From the NCBI GenBank assembly GCA_044346745.1, contig JBIIYQ010000001.1, positions 26,156-90,155 on the forward strand: a stretch of 64,000 bases of DNA. Direction: 5' to 3'. A program made the translations under genes and the position numbers. The DNA is from Usitatibacteraceae bacterium. Lineage in GTDB: Bacteria > Pseudomonadota > Gammaproteobacteria > Burkholderiales > Usitatibacteraceae. Below, piece by piece: positions 17,518 through 26,102 of the stretch. Below the pieces are notes generated by a model, which saw only the letters and a program-made list of their open reading frames with translations, had not been told where the DNA came from and made no database searches. Position 1 is the stretch's first letter. Each line of letters opens with the position of its first letter.

Positions 17518-18105
17518 CTACTTTCGTTGCGTCTGAGGGATTTCCGCTCTCGCGTGCGCGTACTTCTTAGAGGATGCCGATTGATCCGCGTGCGAGGGTG
17601 CGCCGTTGTTCACTTGTTGATGCCCTTGCGCGATGTTTGCCTGCTTCACGAATGCAATAGCCTTAGGGTTTTTCATTTCCGCGAGCGCCTCTAATGCCAT
17701 CCTGCTTTGGCTTTGCGCCCTTAACGCCAGTCTGAAGTGCGTCTCAAATTGTGGGATTTGGCTTTGCCCCATGCCTGAGCGTGTGAAGTGATAAAAGAGC
17801 GCCTCTAGTGTTTGGGCTTGCCCTAGTAGCATTGCCTAAGGCTGGCTCATATCCCCAGCGCCCACGGTCTTAGCTTGCGCCCTCAGCACGTCCACAAGTG
17901 CGTTAACGTCTAGCCATTCGTTAGGATCAATCTTTTGCATCGCCATTGCCGCACCTGCTGTGGTGTTGGTAATTTGCGCCGCGATTGTTTGGTATAGCTT
18001 GGGATCGTTTTCTTTGACTTTGATATTGAGCGCCTCGCGTGTTGCCTTGTCTCTTAACTGCGGTTTACCGTCTGCCGGTGTTTGTTTCGTTTGCTTTGTT
18101 GCCAT
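17518..18105 (-). pseudogene. island backbone gene split by one in-frame TAG (89 aa + stop + Ala + 104 aa)
   Basis: ORFs 17836..18105 and 17518..17832 are in the same frame. They are separated only by TAG (17838-17836) and GCA, and the junction reads ...GAGDMSQP*AMLLGQAQTLEALFYHF... Confidence 0.55.
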
Positions 18106-18107
18106 CG

Positions 18108-18404
18108 TTAGATTCCTTTAATTTGTTTCGCCATGCTGCGGTAAGTCTCGATTGCTGCCGCCATGTCACCCGCTGCCGCTTCTCGTATCTCTGCATATTC
18201 GTGCGCTGGCGTGTCGTAAGCTGGCGCAACGATTGAAAGCAGCGCCTCAAATTCCTGCCGCTTGAGTTCGTCAACGATTTGGACTTTCTGCGTTTTGATC
18301 GCTGACCGTAGTGAATCGCTAAGCGTGCCAATGGCTCGCACGTTGTCACCGTCCGCCAATTCCAGCCGGATGCCGCGCCGTGTGAATTGTTCGACCGCAC
18401 CCAT
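18108..18404 (-). CDS. hypothetical protein (98 aa) translationally coupled to the primase-helicase
   Basis: The ORF track gives 18108..18473. The ATG at 18404-18402 overlaps the primase TGA (18406-18404) by one base. Sequence MGAVEQFTRRGIRLELADGDNVRAIGTLSDSLRSAIKTQKVQIVDELKRQ... Confidence 0.6.
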   Translation of the reverse strand: MGAVEQFTRRGIRLELADGDNVRAIGTLSDSLRSAIKTQKVQIVDELKRQEFEALLSIVAPAYDTPAHEYAEIREAAAGDMAAAIETYRSMAKQIKGI

Positions 18405-20497
18405 CAAAGCACCTCGCCAATCTGGGGTTGCGCTCCATTCGTGCCATATGTGCCAAGATTTTCCATATGGCATTTATTGGCATGATTGGCACGATTGACG
18501 GTTTCGACCTCGATTGGCAGTTTCCAGATACTCCGCTTTGACTTACCAAAGCCGGTCATCGTGGCAACGATTCCCAGCCGTCCGCGAGCACGTTGAATAG
18601 TCCGCTCAGAAAATCCGGCACCTTTGGCCAGCAGCATGACGTTCTGCTTATCAAGCTGCCCGCCTTCCTCGGTGAGAATTTCTTTTAGCCATTCGGACGT
18701 ATCGGACAATGCGCCGCCCTCGTCGTCGGCCATCTCCGCCGTGGCCAGCATCTCGCGTGCGCTGCCTGCCATCTCGTCACCCCAGACAACATAAGATGCA
18801 ATGACGCCGCGATGTTCTTGTAATTCGGCTTGGTGTAGGTCATAACTAAACCCGCCGTCATCCTGGCCTATGTTCGACTTGGCACGCGCCAGCATTCGGG
18901 TTGCCTCGCCCTCCTGAGGCTCACGCTTTTTTGCTGCGACCAAAACAACCCGCGCCAGCGCTGCAAATGCGATTGAACCCGTCACCCGTTCAACAGGATC
19001 GCTGCCGCCCGTTCCTTTGGTGAAGTGCGTAATACCTAACACCGCACAGTTAAGCGCCGTTCCTAATTCAACCAAAGGCTGTAAACACCGCCGCGTCTCT
19101 GCGTTGTTGTGGGAGTTACCCGCAACCGCTGACACAATCGGATCAACTATCAACAACCGCACGTTCCCAATCTTGTGCGCTGCCTCTGTTAGCCGTTGCA
19201 TATCCGTTGCGGGATCGAAAGGCAACTCTCCGCCGCTGCCGTTAGTGTTGCCAACAAAGAAAACGCGCCCACGATTGCCGCCGGACAGAATCAGGCGAGG
19301 GACTAGCGTATTGGCTGGGTCATCCTCGCCCGACCATATCAGCACGTTACCGGCTTCCGCCGTTGTGCCATCTGGCCAACGTCCGCCGCTTGATAGGGTT
19401 GCGGCCATTGCAATGGCGAGGGTGGTTTTACCGGTTCCCGGTGCGCCGCCTAGCAAGTGAAACTTACCCGCCGCCAGCCAGCCATTCCAAAGCCATTCGA
19501 TTGGTTCGGGGTGAATCTCGGTCGCCGGAATCAAAGCAACGTAACGCCCTCGCGCCATATCGTCGTTAGAAGCCGTAAAGCTAGCCGCTTGGTATGTTTC
19601 CCTTGCCGGAATAGTCGCGGCCTCTATCGCAGCTTTAACCGCCTCCGCGCCGCTATGCGTTGCGAGGTCGTTAAAGTCGGTCGCACCCTCTGGCCTTGTT
19701 TCCCCAAAATCAGGAAGTGCGAGCCTCGCACCAATCGCCAGCGCTGCCGCCCTTGATTTAGTTAGGCCGGTTGGATCAAGTTCGCCACATAGGATGATTG
19801 GCATATCTGGCAACTTCGCACGCATGGCGAGTGCAACGGCCTCAAGGTTTCCGGCGTTGAATGCCACCGCAACGGGATAGCCGGTTATCTCGTGAAGGGT
19901 CGCACCGGTAGCGAAGCCCTCAGCAATGCAAAGCGCCGCCGCTCCCTTTGTTGTGCCGATACTGAAATACCCGCCAGCTACTCTGCCATCAGTGAGGAAG
20001 CGCTTAGTGCCATCGTCGCCGATAAATTGCGCCGAGTGAATATCTGCACCCTCTCGGACAGCAATCACTAGCGCACCGTTATGCAACTTAGCGCCATGCG
20101 GTTTGATGCCCTTGCGGACTAGATAGGCGTGGTCGCTAGGCGCTGGCGTTGCGGCCTGCCAGATTGATACTGCCTTGGCTGCCGCCTCGCTTTGGCGTTG
20201 CTTTCGCTCTGCCTCAGCACTTGCCCTCGCCTCTGCAATTTGGCGATTTAATGCCTCGCGTTCTGCCGGGGTGAATGGTGCGGATCGCGCCGCCTGCCAA
20301 CTGGCGTTAAGGTCGTTAGACCAATCACCATAGACGCCGCCTAAGCCATCGGCAAACATCCTGCACCATCCCGCCTCGTTTCCTTTTCCTTTATCAATGC
20401 CGGGGAATCGGTGAAGCGTACCGGGTTCGATTGCATCCGGCGGAGCAAGCCCCGCCGCCCGCATTGCGTTGCGGAATTCGTTGATGTTGTTCAGCAT
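18404..20497 (-). CDS. bifunctional primase-helicase-like replication protein (N-terminal Toprim primase region + RecA-fold/RepA-like ATPase)
   Basis: The ATG at 20497 has GGAGGG upstream (MLNNINEFRNAMRAAGL...). The Toprim-like segment is LCIAEGFATGATLHEITGYPVAVAFNAGNL ... ILCGELD. Walker A is LLGGAPGTGKTTLAIAMAA, with VLIWSGEDD and LLIVDPIVS as Walker B/RecA-like strands. A basic C-terminal tail may be an HTH. Confidence 0.85.
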   Translation of the reverse strand: MLNNINEFRNAMRAAGLAPPDAIEPGTLHRFPGIDKGKGNEAGWCRMFADGLGGVYGDWSNDLNASWQAARSAPFTPAEREALNRQIAEARASAEAERKQRQSEAAAKAVSIWQAATPAPSDHAYLVRKGIKPHGAKLHNGALVIAVREGADIHSAQFIGDDGTKRFLTDGRVAGGYFSIGTTKGAAALCIAEGFATGATLHEITGYPVAVAFNAGNLEAVALAMRAKLPDMPIILCGELDPTGLTKSRAAALAIGARLALPDFGETRPEGATDFNDLATHSGAEAVKAAIEAATIPARETYQAASFTASNDDMARGRYVALIPATEIHPEPIEWLWNGWLAAGKFHLLGGAPGTGKTTLAIAMAATLSSGGRWPDGTTAEAGNVLIWSGEDDPANTLVPRLILSGGNRGRVFFVGNTNGSGGELPFDPATDMQRLTEAAHKIGNVRLLIVDPIVSAVAGNSHNNAETRRCLQPLVELGTALNCAVLGITHFTKGTGGSDPVERVTGSIAFAALARVVLVAAKKREPQEGEATRMLARAKSNIGQDDGGFSYDLHQAELQEHRGVIASYVVWGDEMAGSAREMLATAEMADDEGGALSDTSEWLKEILTEEGGQLDKQNVMLLAKGAGFSERTIQRARGRLGIVATMTGFGKSKRSIWKLPIEVETVNRANHANKCHMENLGTYGTNGAQPQIGEVL

Positions 20498-20632
20498 TAG
20501 CGCCCTCCGAATACTCGGAGTACAGCTAAGCCAATGCAGCAAGCCGCCTGCCGCCAAAGGTTGCGCGATGATGCGTGAGCCTGCCGCAATTCCTCAAGGT
20601 TGTAAGCCCACTGCCATAAAACGAGGTCGAGC

Positions 20633-20950
20633 CTATACATGGTCGGCCTCCGAAACGTACTCGTTAGCGAGCCAATAGCGCCGCACCCTCAAGCGTGTTT
20701 CACTGAGGCGACTTTCCCGCAACGTCTGCCAGCTTGTGCGGACTGGTAACTCATCGCATAGCCTTGCGAGGGTGCCGAGCAATTCCGGCCTATCCTCTGG
20801 CTTGAAGTCGATTACTCGGAGATCGCGCCCCGATTGCAGCGTCGCCTTAATCGCTTCATAATCAGGTTTGCTTTGCATTAAGTTTGAAGTACTCGCGCCG
20901 GGTTGCCCCCCGGCGTTTCCTTTTGTGGAGTTCGTGAGGCCGCGCTTCAT
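20633..20950 (-). CDS. hypothetical protein (105 aa), ATGA-coupled to alpA
   Basis: The start ATG overlaps the alpA stop. No recognisable domain. Confidence 0.55.
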   Translation of the reverse strand: MKRGLTNSTKGNAGGQPGASTSNLMQSKPDYEAIKATLQSGRDLRVIDFKPEDRPELLGTLARLCDELPVRTSWQTLRESRLSETRLRVRRYWLANEYVSEADHV

Positions 20951-21156
20951 ACTGCACCCCCCGCCGCTTCAATGCGCGATTCGATCCAGCTATTTATTGC
21001 TTCTGAATCCCATGCGACGGCGCGTCCGTTTTTGCTCAGCTTGATAGGCGACGGGAATTCGCCGCTTTTTACTTTCGAGTAGATCGCACTGCGACCTAGT
21101 CCGACTTGGTGCTTTACTTCATGTAGGCGCATGAAGCGCCGTGTGGTTGATTGCAT
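20947..21156 (-). CDS. alpA: AlpA-family (MerR-type HTH) transcriptional regulator/excisionase
   Basis: 69 aa: RRFMRLHEVKHQVGLGRSAIYSKVKSGEFPSPIKLSKNGRAVAWDSEAINSWIESR. SD AAGGA 6 nt upstream. Confidence 0.85.
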   Translation of the reverse strand: MQSTTRRFMRLHEVKHQVGLGRSAIYSKVKSGEFPSPIKLSKNGRAVAWDSEAINSWIESRIEAAGGAV

Positions 21157-21248
21157 CGCTGATCCTTTTAGAGAATTACAACGCTGCGAATCGTATTTCT
21201 TTGGACTATATGTCCGCGAGCAAAGAAAGGCGGATTCTAAAGTGCCAT

Positions 21249-21962
21249 TTATTTTTTCCGTTGGGCTTTCTTGGCGATTCGCTCAATGGTTTTGGCTCGT
21301 TCAGAAGGTAGTGCGCATTCGGGGTCGTGAAAGAACGCAGCTAGTCCGGTGTAGCTTTTGGGGATCAGCCGGGCGTCCCGCAATGCCACTTCAACGAATG
21401 CCCTTTCGCTTTGCTCTCGCGGCGACAGCGTTTCAAACGCACCTTGTTTTTCTCTTGGCGAATTCTCCCCTCGATATCCTTTTTGGAAAGCTAGCCGCAA
21501 TTCCAGTACGGTCTTTTTAAGCGCAGTGCTTTTTCGTGCTCCCTTAGGGTTAGGGATTGCCTTGTATTCCTCTGCCGCTTTATAGGCCGCGTTGGTTAAT
21601 TTGAACAGCACTTGCTCCGCTTCATTTAGATCGACACCGCGCTTTGTGAGCGCCTCGCTGTAATACCCGCTGATTTTAGTGATGTTCTCCAGAAGGGACT
21701 CGGCAGACTTCCACATAGGGTCAAACTTGGCGACGTAGTCGCTAGGATATGGAGCGTGGTCAACGTGTTTTTCCGCGACGGGTTGGAAGCCTAGCCATTG
21801 TTCTACGTCTAATAGTGCTAAATCTTGCGCCTCGCATTGCTCGCTTGTATCGCTGGGAAGCACCCCCAATAGTTCCCTTAGCACTTGTCTTGCGCCATCG
21901 CTCAGGCGATGCGCGTGAGCGATGAAAGTGGGTTCTGCTTCGCTAGGCTTTCGCGTTTTCAT
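21249..21962 (-). CDS. hypothetical protein (237 aa) directly downstream of the integrase
   Basis: SD GAAGGG 5 nt upstream and a 21-nt gap after int. No motif recognised. Confidence 0.6.
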   Translation of the reverse strand: MKTRKPSEAEPTFIAHAHRLSDGARQVLRELLGVLPSDTSEQCEAQDLALLDVEQWLGFQPVAEKHVDHAPYPSDYVAKFDPMWKSAESLLENITKISGYYSEALTKRGVDLNEAEQVLFKLTNAAYKAAEEYKAIPNPKGARKSTALKKTVLELRLAFQKGYRGENSPREKQGAFETLSPREQSERAFVEVALRDARLIPKSYTGLAAFFHDPECALPSERAKTIERIAKKAQRKK

Positions 21963-21983
21963 ATGCGCCCTTCAAAGATTCAG

Positions 21984-23309
21984 TTATGCCGCTTGTTTCG
22001 CCTTGATTGGCGTTACGTTGGAATCTTTCGCCGCCATTGAGTCAATCAAGTTAGCCCAATCCTGCATCATCGTTATCCGCTCAGGCAAATACTCCGCCCG
22101 GTTGTATGCGTTGCGTACAGCGTTTCTTTCCTTGTGCGCTAACTGGCGCTCGATAACATCTGGGCGATAGTTCAATTCGTTTAGCAGCGTTGATGCCGTT
22201 GTCCGCCAGCCATACTGCGAAAACAGCCCCGCATAGCCCATGCGCTCTAGCACTCGGTTAAGCGTTGTTAGAGAAATACACTTTTCGGGATCGCGTTGAT
22301 TCGGGAAAAGAAACTTCTGTCCGCCGGTGAATTTCTTGAGTTCGGTTAGCAGGGCGATAGCCTGAGCGCTGAGCGGTACGATATGCGCCTCCCGCATTTT
22401 CATCCGATGCGCTGGCACATCCCAGCGAGCGCCCTCAAGGTCAAACTCGCTCCATTCGGCTTGGCGTAACTCGCTAGGCCGCACAAAGGTAAGCGATAAC
22501 AGCCGCATACAAATAACCGTTTGCCGATAGCCGCCATACTCGGACAGCTTTTTCATAAAGTCTGGGAAGTCGGTTTTCTCTAGCGGTTTCTTGTGCTGAA
22601 CCTTAGGCCGCTTAATCGCCCCCTTGAGCGCTGCCGCCGGATCGTGATCCGCCATTAGCTTAGTTACAGCAAACCGGAAAATGGCGCTGAGCCATTGGCG
22701 CATTAAGATCGCCAGCGAGGGTGCGCCGCGTTTTTCCATTCTTTCGATGATCGCCAGCAAGTGCGCTGCCGTAATTGATCGCATAGGCATAAAGCCAATA
22801 TGCCGGTATGCGTCTAACTCAAGGTTACGCTCCACTTGGTGCAAATAGGTACCCGACCAATGATCGCGATTGCGCTCGATCCAAGCCTTAGCCACGGCCT
22901 CAAAGTTATTGGCGTTTTCCGTTGTCCTAGCGAGTTCTACCGCCCTGCGATTGTGCGAGGGGTGAATGCCCTGCTTCACCATGCTACGGCACCTATCGCG
23001 CTCTGTACGCGCCTCAGCGAGGGTGAATACATGACGGTTGCGCCGCTCTGCCGCTGCCGCCTCCATTGCCTCCTGAGCGGCCTTTAGTGCCTCTGGGGAT
23101 AGCTTGGTCTTTGGCGCTTTCTCATCGTCGCCGGGTTTGCCGTACTCGCCAATGGCGAAAACGTTTTCTTTCCCGTTGATCCGGTACCGATAGCGCCAGA
23201 GTTTCGAGCCACTAGGCCGCACCTCAAGATAAAGCCCCTTTTCGTCGGTTAGCTTTTGGGGTTTGTCGCCAGCCTTTGCAGCTTCAATTTCTGAGGTCGT
23301 GAGTGCCAT
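21984..23309 (-). CDS. int: tyrosine recombinase, P4/CP4-57 integrase family (N-terminal arm-binding domain)
   Basis: The ORF track gives 21984..23351. I prefer the ATG at 23309: MALTTSEIEAAKAGDKPQKLTDEKGLYLEVRPSGSKLWRYRYRINGKENVFAIGEY. The C-terminal catalytic region has HGWRTTASTLLNE and the final ...LAHKERNAVRNAYNRAEY (H-x-x-R ... Y). Confidence 0.9.
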   Translation of the reverse strand: MALTTSEIEAAKAGDKPQKLTDEKGLYLEVRPSGSKLWRYRYRINGKENVFAIGEYGKPGDDEKAPKTKLSPEALKAAQEAMEAAAAERRNRHVFTLAEARTERDRCRSMVKQGIHPSHNRRAVELARTTENANNFEAVAKAWIERNRDHWSGTYLHQVERNLELDAYRHIGFMPMRSITAAHLLAIIERMEKRGAPSLAILMRQWLSAIFRFAVTKLMADHDPAAALKGAIKRPKVQHKKPLEKTDFPDFMKKLSEYGGYRQTVICMRLLSLTFVRPSELRQAEWSEFDLEGARWDVPAHRMKMREAHIVPLSAQAIALLTELKKFTGGQKFLFPNQRDPEKCISLTTLNRVLERMGYAGLFSQYGWRTTASTLLNELNYRPDVIERQLAHKERNAVRNAYNRAEYLPERITMMQDWANLIDSMAAKDSNVTPIKAKQAA

Positions 23310-23311
23310 TT

Positions 23312-23356
23312 GCGGGTACCGGTGAATTGATACCCGCAAAGATACCCGCATTTTTT
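23312..23356 (+). repeat. right copy of the sub-terminal repeat, immediately upstream of the int start
   Basis: GCGGGT-N9-TTGATACCCGC-AAAG-ATACCCGC-ATTTTTT. See 13727-13768. Confidence 0.6.
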
Positions 23357-23463
23357 GTGGATTGCAACGGACTAATGCGGCCTACATCGGCGCATAACTA
23401 TCTGTATTTTATTGTTATTTTCAGCTCTTCCGGCTTGCTTTGGACTAATCCGGTTAAAGGTAT

Positions 23464-23486
23464 TAGTTATCGATCATGAGCAGCAT
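23464..23486. repeat. attR: 23-nt direct repeat, an orphaned trpG start (MLLMIDN-stop)
   Basis: The minus strand reads ATGCTGCTCATGATCGATAACTAA, 2 nt after the ltaE stop codon. The SD AGGAG lies inside the ltaE 3' end. Confidence 0.85.
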
Positions 23487-23488
23487 CG

Positions 23489-24514
23489 CTAGCTCCTTTG
23501 CCGGCCACGATAGAAGGCCGCGAACACATCAACAACGCGCTCTACATCGGCTGCGCTGATGTCGAGGTGCGTGACGATTCTGGTGCGGGGACCGACAATG
23601 GCAACAATACTGTTTTGATGCAGGTGGGCTTTGAGCGCCGCAACGTCTGTTGAGGGCACATCAACAAACAATATATTTGTCTGCGGCATCTGCACGGTCA
23701 GGGGGCGAATCTGCGCCAAGGCCGCGGCAAGTTGTGAGGCGTTCTTGTGGTCGTCTTCTAGGCGTTGCACATGATGATCCAATGCATAGTCGCAGGCCGC
23801 AGCAAGGATTCCCACCTGCCGCATGCCGCCGCCGAGCATTTTTCGATGCCGCTGTGCGCGTTTGATCAGCGCCTTTGTTCCACAGAGCACCGAACCTGCG
23901 GGTGTGCCGAGCCCCTTCGACAAACACACGGAGACAGAATCAAAGTAACTGCAAACATCTTTGGCGCTGCGCTGTGTCTTTACGACCGCATTAAATAGCC
24001 GCGCCCCGTCGAGATGCATGCCAAGCGAGTGCGCTTTTGCAAAGGCACTCACCTCTGCCATGTAAGTCTCGGGAATCACCATGCCGCCAATGGTATTTTC
24101 CAATGCGATGAGCCGTGTGATCGCAAAGTGTGAATCGTCGGGCTTCACCGCCGCCCGAATTTTTTCGATGGGTATCGTTCCGTCCGCAGCGTTTTCAATT
24201 GGCTGCGGTTGAATCGAGCCAAGCACGGCGGCACCGCCACCTTCGTACTTGTAGGTATGTGCATTCTGGCCAACGATGTATTCCTCGCCGCGCGCACAAT
24301 GGGCCATCAATGCGCAGAGGTTGCTCTGTGTGCCGGACGGCATAAACAGCCCGGCCTCCATGCCTACCATGTCGGCCATTTTTTCTTGCAAGGCATTCAC
24401 GGTGGGATCGTCACCAAACACGTCATCACCCACTTCTGCGCTGGCCATCACGGCACGCATTGCCGCAGTTGGCCGCGTGACCGTGTCGCTTCTAAGATCA
24501 ATTTTTTTCATCAT
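23489..24514 (-). CDS. ltaE: low-specificity L-threonine aldolase
   Basis: 341 aa, collinear with E. coli LtaE: IDLRSDTVTRPT, GDDVFGDDPTVNALQ, GEEYIVGQNAHTYKYEGGGAAVLGSIQPQPI, CLSKGLGTPAGSVL, RKMLGGGMRQVGILAAA. Confidence 0.9.
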   Translation of the reverse strand: MMKKIDLRSDTVTRPTAAMRAVMASAEVGDDVFGDDPTVNALQEKMADMVGMEAGLFMPSGTQSNLCALMAHCARGEEYIVGQNAHTYKYEGGGAAVLGSIQPQPIENAADGTIPIEKIRAAVKPDDSHFAITRLIALENTIGGMVIPETYMAEVSAFAKAHSLGMHLDGARLFNAVVKTQRSAKDVCSYFDSVSVCLSKGLGTPAGSVLCGTKALIKRAQRHRKMLGGGMRQVGILAAACDYALDHHVQRLEDDHKNASQLAAALAQIRPLTVQMPQTNILFVDVPSTDVAALKAHLHQNSIVAIVGPRTRIVTHLDISAADVERVVDVFAAFYRGRQRS

Positions 24515-24527
24515 CTGGTCCTCGAAA

Positions 24528-26036
24528 CTAGCTGGTCATGTCCAAGCCGGTGGCAACCATTTCCGCGGCGCGGAGCAGCGCTCTTGCTTTGTTTTCGGTC
24601 TCCTGCCATTCGAGCTCGGGCACAGAATCTGCGACGATTCCCGCAGCCGCTTGAGCATACAGCACACCGTCTTTAACGACACCGGTTCGAATGGCGATTG
24701 CTAGATCAAGATTGCCATTGAAGCCAAGGTATCCGGCCGCACCGGCATAGATGCCCCGCTTCGACGGTTCAAGCTCGTCGATGATTTCCATGGCGCGCAC
24801 TTTTGTTGTGCCCGTCACGGTGCCCGCGGGAAAGGTCGCTCGCAACAAATCAATCGGGCCGACGTCGTCTCGTATCTTGCCGTCAACATTAGAAACGAGG
24901 TGCATCACATGTGAGTAACGTTCGACCACATATTGCTCGGTGACATTTACGCTGCCGATTTTTGCGATGCGGCCCAAATCATTGCGACCGAGATCGATCA
25001 GCATCAAGTGTTCCGCGAGTTCCTTCGGATCTGCGAGCAGTTCTGCCTCGAGGGCCGCGTCGAGTTCGGGGGACGCGCCGCGTTTCCGTGTACCGGCAAT
25101 CGGCCTGACCGTGACTTTTTCGCCCTCTTGCCGGACCAATATTTCCGGGGATGCACCGACGATGTGGAATTCACCCATGTCGAAATAAAACATGTAAGGC
25201 GAGGGATTGATGGAGCGTAAGGCGCGATATAAGTTAATCGGCGGCGCGTCGTAGGGCTGCGAAATTCGCTGCGAAATCTGCACCTGCATGATGTCGCCGT
25301 CCACGATGTACTGTTTGGAGCGCTCCACCGCCTTCAGGAATCGCTCCTTGCCGATTTCCGACTTCGGCTCATGTTTCCGTCCAGATGGAACATAGACCGG
25401 CAGTGGTGCTTGGCTACGCAGCTGCATCCTGAGTTCTGTCAGGCGACGCTGTGCATTTTCAAAAGCGTTTTCGATGCCGGGGTCTGCGTAGACGATCATC
25501 GTCAACCGACCCGAGAGGTTATCCACCACCGCCAGTTCGTCAGACAACATCAAGACGATATCCGGTGTGCCTAGTGCATCCGGCTTTGCGACAAACTTGT
25601 CATCGAGATGTTTGGCGAGTTTGGGCTCGATATAGCGCACCGTGTCGTAGCCGAAGTAACCAGCCAATCCGCCAGCGAATCGCAGCGCCCCCTCGATCGG
25701 AGCCGCACGAAATCGCGCCTGATACTTTTCGATGAACGCCAGCGGGTCTTCAACAAATTTGTGTTCGGCCCTTTCAGCAGTACCACCGGTCTTTGCGCGG
25801 AGCACCGTGACTTCACGGCCGCGAACTTCCAGCCACTCCCGCGCAGGCAAACCGATGATCGAGTAACGACCAAAGCGCTCGCCGCCAATCACTGACTCCA
25901 ACAAATAGGAGTGTGGCTTATTGGCTAGTTTCAAATAAATCGAAAGAGGCGTATCGAGATCTGCAAAGGTCTCGAGCGTGACGGGGATTCGGTTGTAGCC
26001 TTCAACGGCGAGGCGCTGAAACTGGGCTTCGTTCAT
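24528..26036 (-). CDS. trpE: anthranilate synthase component I
   Basis: The ORF track starts at a TTG (26060). The ATG at 26036 gives MNEAQFQRLAVEGYNRIPV..., typical of TrpE. Motifs include LLESVIGGERFGRYS and GAAGYLGFNGNLDLAIAIRT. Confidence 0.95.
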   Translation of the reverse strand: MNEAQFQRLAVEGYNRIPVTLETFADLDTPLSIYLKLANKPHSYLLESVIGGERFGRYSIIGLPAREWLEVRGREVTVLRAKTGGTAERAEHKFVEDPLAFIEKYQARFRAAPIEGALRFAGGLAGYFGYDTVRYIEPKLAKHLDDKFVAKPDALGTPDIVLMLSDELAVVDNLSGRLTMIVYADPGIENAFENAQRRLTELRMQLRSQAPLPVYVPSGRKHEPKSEIGKERFLKAVERSKQYIVDGDIMQVQISQRISQPYDAPPINLYRALRSINPSPYMFYFDMGEFHIVGASPEILVRQEGEKVTVRPIAGTRKRGASPELDAALEAELLADPKELAEHLMLIDLGRNDLGRIAKIGSVNVTEQYVVERYSHVMHLVSNVDGKIRDDVGPIDLLRATFPAGTVTGTTKVRAMEIIDELEPSKRGIYAGAAGYLGFNGNLDLAIAIRTGVVKDGVLYAQAAAGIVADSVPELEWQETENKARALLRAAEMVATGLDMTS

Positions 26037-26102
26037 GAGGTTCTCGACAAAGACAATCAAACAAATGGCACGACAACGACAGCAATAATATGGCGCGTGA
26101 TT

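Larger units (their letters stand above)
13655..23486. mobile_element. ~9.8 kb integrative element (P4-type integrase, AlpA, primase-helicase, AT-rich cargo) inserted in the 5' end of trpG; satellite/PICI-like gene content
   Basis: Flanking 23-nt direct repeats and an orphaned trpG start at the right end. The integrase lies next to attR. No capsid, tail or terminase genes. The cargo half is visibly more AT-rich than the flanks. The element interrupts the otherwise tightly packed trpE-ltaE-trpG-trpD-trpC unit. Confidence 0.85.
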
